DNA of 10,077 nucleotides from a virus (Duplodnaviria; Heunggongvirae; Uroviricota; Caudoviricetes): IMG/VR virus record IMGVR_UViG_2541047687_000013, positions 1 to 10,077 of that record; one strand, 5' to 3'. Shown piece by piece: positions 8,255 to 10,077 of this stretch (position 1 is its first letter; each line of letters starts with the position of its first letter). The notes under the pieces were generated by a model. It saw only the letters and a program-made list of their open reading frames with translations, ran no database searches and was not told where the DNA came from. The position numbers and the translations under genes were made by a program.

Positions 8255-8311
8255 ATAATAACAAAAATATGAATATGCTCCCAATGCAATATATGTTTTG
8301 CATTGGGAGCA
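8255..8311 (-). terminator. Rho-independent terminator of the hydrolase gene
   Basis: Perfect 14-bp inverted repeat TGCTCCCAATGCAA (8276-8289) / TTGCATTGGGAGCA (8298-8311) with an 8-nt loop, 20 nt downstream of the minus-strand stop, followed on the minus strand by ATATTTTTGTTATTATT. Confidence 0.7.
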
Positions 8312-8331
8312 AATAGCGGAATATTTTGAAA

Positions 8332-9816
8332 TTATTGTATTTCTGCTTCAGAATTTCCTGGGCAGTATATATTTTCTATTTTTTGTGGAGTGATCAGGTG
8401 ATGTACAACTGCTTTATCTACACATAAATTAACTCCGGTGAGAGCTAATGTATGCCCATCACCATTTATTGTTAGTAACGGGCTGGAAAATTTCTCTGCC
8501 ATCTTACGGGCATTAATCCAGGGCGTTGTTGGGTCGTATTTGTGTGCTATAAACAGTAAACCAGAGGGCAGAACAGTATTTTTCAGGCGAGTTTTGTTCA
8601 GGTCGCTATGTATTGGCCATAATTCACAAAAATCAGGTGAATCGGAACGTCCATTGTCAAAGTTAATAGCCGGGAAGGCATTCGCAAGAGCGTCTTTTCG
8701 GGATTTTCGCTCTTCTGGTGTTAATTGCTCATCCCCCTGATCTACACAGAGGATTACCCCCGAAGCATCGCTTGACTCTTCTGAGGCTATCGGAGCACTG
8801 AGCGCAGTTTCAATTTCATTACTGACAATCCCCTGAGAGAACTGGCGTATGGCAGTTGCAAGGGTTGGCCATGATGAACGCCATAGCAGAAGGTCTGTTG
8901 TTAATGATATGAGTTCATCTGAAGATATATTTTCTCTCTTACTGTCTAATAAAGGTTTGTGATGTAATTTTGATAATAGCTCATGGAACTGAGTTATTGC
9001 CTTATCTCTGTCTGAAGAAAGCGGGCAACTTTTTGTACGCGCACACCAGGATGCAAAGCGATCAAACGTTTCCTGATAACTCTGTGCCTGTTTGAGTTGC
9101 CATGTGAAGTTGTCCTCCAGGTCATCGATATCGACGACTCCATCAAGAACGATAGATCTTACGTTGTAGGGAAAACGTTCTGCATATAAGGCTGCAATTT
9201 GAGTTCCATACGAATACGCCACGGCTGTCAGTTGTTTATCCCCCAAGGCTTGCCTAATACGATCAATATCGTATACAGCCTCGTTAGAGCCGATATGGCG
9301 AATGACTTCGGCTCCGGTATTATGGATACAGGCATTAATTTTATTTAATACTTGTTGCTTTTCGGTTATGTTTTCCTGAGTCTCTGTATCTGATTGCCGG
9401 CAGTTTATTGTCGGAGTGGACTGTCCGACGCCTCGAGGATCAAATCCAATAATATCCCATGACTCACGAAGATTTGTGACTGGCCAGTCAAAGTTAATAT
9501 AAGGATTTATGCCTGGTAACCCGGGACCACCACTTATTATCAGGATACTTCCTTTATGCTTGCTTTTTGCCGGCAATTTTGTCAACGCTAGTTTGACTTG
9601 TGATTTTTTTTCATAAGAAGCATCTCCGCCTGTGTCTGTATATTTTAATGGAACAGACAAATAACCACATAGTAAGTCAGGAGACGGTTTTTCCTCACCA
9701 AACCAGTGGTTGAATTGACTGGCCATACAGGATTGCCACTGTATCTGCTGGGCAGATACGGTTACTGGTAGAAGTAACGTTAAAACAACTTTGAAATGAG
9801 TAATTATTTTTCGCAT
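8332..9816 (-). CDS. Secreted alpha/beta-hydrolase, S33 (prolyl/tripeptidyl aminopeptidase-like) family candidate
   Basis: 494-aa ORF with a Sec signal peptide (MRKIITHFKVVLTLLLPVTVSA-QQ), an oxyanion-hole-like ISGGPGLPG, a GFDPRGVGQS block as in proline iminopeptidase/TAP-type enzymes, a nucleophile elbow AYSYG (G/A-x-S-x-G) and a C-terminal INGDGHT with a candidate catalytic His. About 200 residues separate the Ser and the putative Asp/His, consistent with a cap domain. Visibly AT-rich. Confidence 0.75.
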   Translation of the reverse strand: MRKIITHFKVVLTLLLPVTVSAQQIQWQSCMASQFNHWFGEEKPSPDLLCGYLSVPLKYTDTGGDASYEKKSQVKLALTKLPAKSKHKGSILIISGGPGLPGINPYINFDWPVTNLRESWDIIGFDPRGVGQSTPTINCRQSDTETQENITEKQQVLNKINACIHNTGAEVIRHIGSNEAVYDIDRIRQALGDKQLTAVAYSYGTQIAALYAERFPYNVRSIVLDGVVDIDDLEDNFTWQLKQAQSYQETFDRFASWCARTKSCPLSSDRDKAITQFHELLSKLHHKPLLDSKRENISSDELISLTTDLLLWRSSWPTLATAIRQFSQGIVSNEIETALSAPIASEESSDASGVILCVDQGDEQLTPEERKSRKDALANAFPAINFDNGRSDSPDFCELWPIHSDLNKTRLKNTVLPSGLLFIAHKYDPTTPWINARKMAEKFSSPLLTINGDGHTLALTGVNLCVDKAVVHHLITPQKIENIYCPGNSEAEIQ

Positions 9817-9954
9817 TGTGTCTCTGAATATCGGAATAAAGATAAGATTTGAATATATTGAGGTCTTGTGTTGCGGTAAGAGATTACACGTTATGACATA
9901 GGTTAAATGCTTACAAAATTAGTGGATATTGCCTACTTGTAACTGTAAACAAAT

Positions 9955-9983
9955 TCCCCGGGGTTATACAATACCACCGGGGA
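9955..9983 (-). terminator. Candidate terminator hairpin downstream of ompT
   Basis: Inverted repeat TCCCCGG (9955-9961) / CCGGGGA (9977-9983) with a 15-nt loop, followed on the minus strand by AATTTGTTT. The loop is long, so confidence is modest. Confidence 0.35.
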
Positions 9984-10002
9984 GAAAATCTGGTTAACTT
10001 CG

Positions 10003-10077
10003 TTAAAAGGTGTACTTAAGACCAGCAGTAGTGATGAAGTTATAGTTTTCTATGCCTGCACCATTTTTGCTGTAGTC
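10003..10077 (-). CDS. ompT: Outer membrane protease OmpT (omptin), 3' end only; gene continues beyond the window
   Basis: The reverse complement of 10003-10077 translates to DYSKNGAGIENYNFITTAGLKYTF-stop, matching the C-terminus of E. coli OmpT as recalled, with the terminal aromatic residue typical of outer-membrane beta-barrels. Confidence 0.8.
   Translation of the reverse strand, partial: DYSKNGAGIENYNFITTAGLKYTF

Noticed and set aside
8149-8331. AT-rich intergenic region with an 11-codon ORF (8237-8272) as a possible small protein or sRNA
   Set aside because: There is no Shine-Dalgarno sequence, and the hairpin here is well explained as the hydrolase terminator. There is no independent evidence for a separate transcript.
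4957-8740. Short ORFs overlapping stf, tfa and the hydrolase gene (4957-5172, 5635-5820, 5907-6107, 5929-6114, 6286-6468, 6458-6691, 6768-7025, 8438-8740)
   Set aside because: All overlap genes with strong homology support in another frame or strand; they have no motifs and are most likely spurious.
7118-9816. Methyltransferase plus hydrolase as a two-gene operon or restriction-modification/defence system
   Set aside because: The genes are on the same strand but separated by ~545 bp containing the tfa remnant and a strong terminator. The methyltransferase lacks DNA-methyltransferase motifs and no nuclease partner is present. I treat them as independent cargo genes.

Overview
This window is the tail-fibre end of a lambdoid prophage remnant plus the adjacent cargo and host DNA, most likely from Escherichia or a close relative. 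All homology calls are from reading the translations and recalling phage lambda and E. coli K-12 proteins; no database search was run. Left to right: a probable Gin/Hin/Pin-type crossover half-site cut by the window edge (1-15); an intact Pin-family serine DNA invertase (74-646, +); a 5'-truncated remnant of the lambda J central tail fibre gene (about 700-2346, +); lom (2417-3016, +); a 1132-codon side tail fibre gene stf (3081-6479, +); and tfa (6479-7063, +), whose start overlaps the stf stop. Downstream the DNA becomes visibly AT-rich: an intact class I SAM-dependent methyltransferase on the minus strand (7118-7786) lies between two direct copies of the tfa 3' end, followed by a secreted alpha/beta-hydrolase of the S33 peptidase type on the minus strand (8332-9816) and the 3' end of ompT (10003-10077, minus). 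The gene order matches the distal end of the K-12 DLP12 prophage as I recall it (tfaD, ybcY, tfaX, appY, ompT), but better preserved and with the hydrolase where K-12 has appY. The most notable points are the mosaic stf with a foreign central module, the methyltransferase cassette bracketed by tfa repeats, and the hydrolase segment. I found no RNA genes, CRISPR arrays or transposases, and no recognisable multi-gene defence system.
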